From contig LBYP01000002.1 of NCBI GenBank assembly GCA_000996245.1, positions 5,352 to 69,351 on the forward strand: a DNA stretch of 64,000 bases, read 5' to 3'. Position numbers and translations under genes: made by a program. Position 1 is the stretch's first letter. Every line of letters starts with the position of its first letter. Positions 63,782-64,000 of this stretch are shown in pieces. Under the pieces are notes generated by a model. It searched no databases. It saw only the letters and a program-made list of their open reading frames with translations, and had not been told where the DNA came from. This DNA comes from Parcubacteria group bacterium GW2011_GWA2_40_23. GTDB lineage: Bacteria > Patescibacteriota > Patescibacteriia > UBA11705 > JABHMO01.

Positions 63782-64000
63782 TTATAAGTTACTCAACTGT
63801 TTCAGCAATTCATTAGTTTCAATGCGATCGTCATATTCCTTCCCCACATAACGATAAAGCTCTGTTCCGTTGTTGTCGAAAAGCATAATAGCAGGTTTAG
63901 AAACTTCTTTGCCTTTATAAACAGTTCTGAAATTGAAAGAATCGATAACTTTATAATCGTTGTCAGAGAGGACTGGATAATCAAGCTTTAAAAATTCTTT
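63782..64000 (-). CDS. Thioredoxin-fold peroxiredoxin/redoxin (AhpC-TSA/Bcp-like), C-terminal 72 codons (gene starts beyond right edge)
   Basis: Own translation of the reverse strand in the frame ending at TAA (63784-63782): KEFLKLDYPVLSDNDYKVIDSFNFRTVYKGKEVSKPAIMLFDNNGTELYRYVGKEYDDRIETNELLKQLSNL. The pattern F..LSD....v...f...........P...l.d..G is typical of this fold. The ORF-track entry 63802-63984 is a different, implausible frame. Confidence 0.6.
   Translation of the reverse strand, partial: KEFLKLDYPVLSDNDYKVIDSFNFRTVYKGKEVSKPAIMLFDNNGTELYRYVGKEYDDRIETNELLKQLSNL

Noticed and set aside
63802-63984. 60-aa ORF from the track on the minus strand at the right edge
   Set aside because: It is in the wrong frame. 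The frame ending at TAA 63784-63782 gives a convincing thioredoxin-fold/peroxiredoxin C-terminus running to the window edge.

Overview
This 64-kb window is an AT-rich, tightly packed bacterial chromosome segment (hand counts of sample 60-nt lines give roughly 30-40% GC). The housekeeping genes are rdgB (fragment), rsmI, metG, tatD, a complete F1Fo ATP synthase operon, cvpA, a UvrD-type helicase-nuclease, proS, mreBCD-mrdA, greA, lysS, serS, alr, an ftsQ-like gene, a Xer-type recombinase, a 2228-aa surface protein, an M23 peptidase, gltX, a wecG-NUDIX fusion, clpB, a priA-like gene, def-fmt, a Wzy/glycosyltransferase cluster, a yhaM-like gene, queA and a redoxin fragment. This content is consistent with a streamlined Patescibacteria/CPR-like organism, but that is inference only because the window holds no rRNA. 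Host genes essentially lack Shine-Dalgarno motifs, and several start 7-9 nt after a -10 box (leaderless style). The standout observation is that seven intergenic sites carry eleven sharply bounded GC-rich transcription units (about 55-65% GC in sampled lines). Each unit has its own TTGACA-type -35, a 16-17 nt AT-rich spacer, a -10 box, a leader containing GGAGG, and a hairpin plus T-tract terminator. The units are: three tandem units without credible long ORFs (345-1480); a tandem pair of small paralogous proteins (13.7-14.25 kb); a secreted 326-aa protein; an outer-membrane-beta-barrel-like 207-aa protein; a 105-aa Zn-ribbon-like protein; a 63-aa two-TM peptide; a 504-aa protein with helix-hairpin-helix and HNH-like motifs; a 205-aa unknown; and an orphan CheY-like receiver domain. 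Other observations are a 45-bp perfect inverted repeat bracketing metG-atpB, a dispersed GC-hairpin family, phased ATGATTA arrays shared by two island flanks, a CIRCE-like operator before clpB, a 30-bp palindrome upstream of the xer gene, and a PriA homolog with degenerate ATPase motifs. I found no rRNA, tRNA, CRISPR array, transposase or island-adjacent integrase. All calls come from reading the sequence and the ORF track. No database search was possible, so family names rest on remembered motifs.
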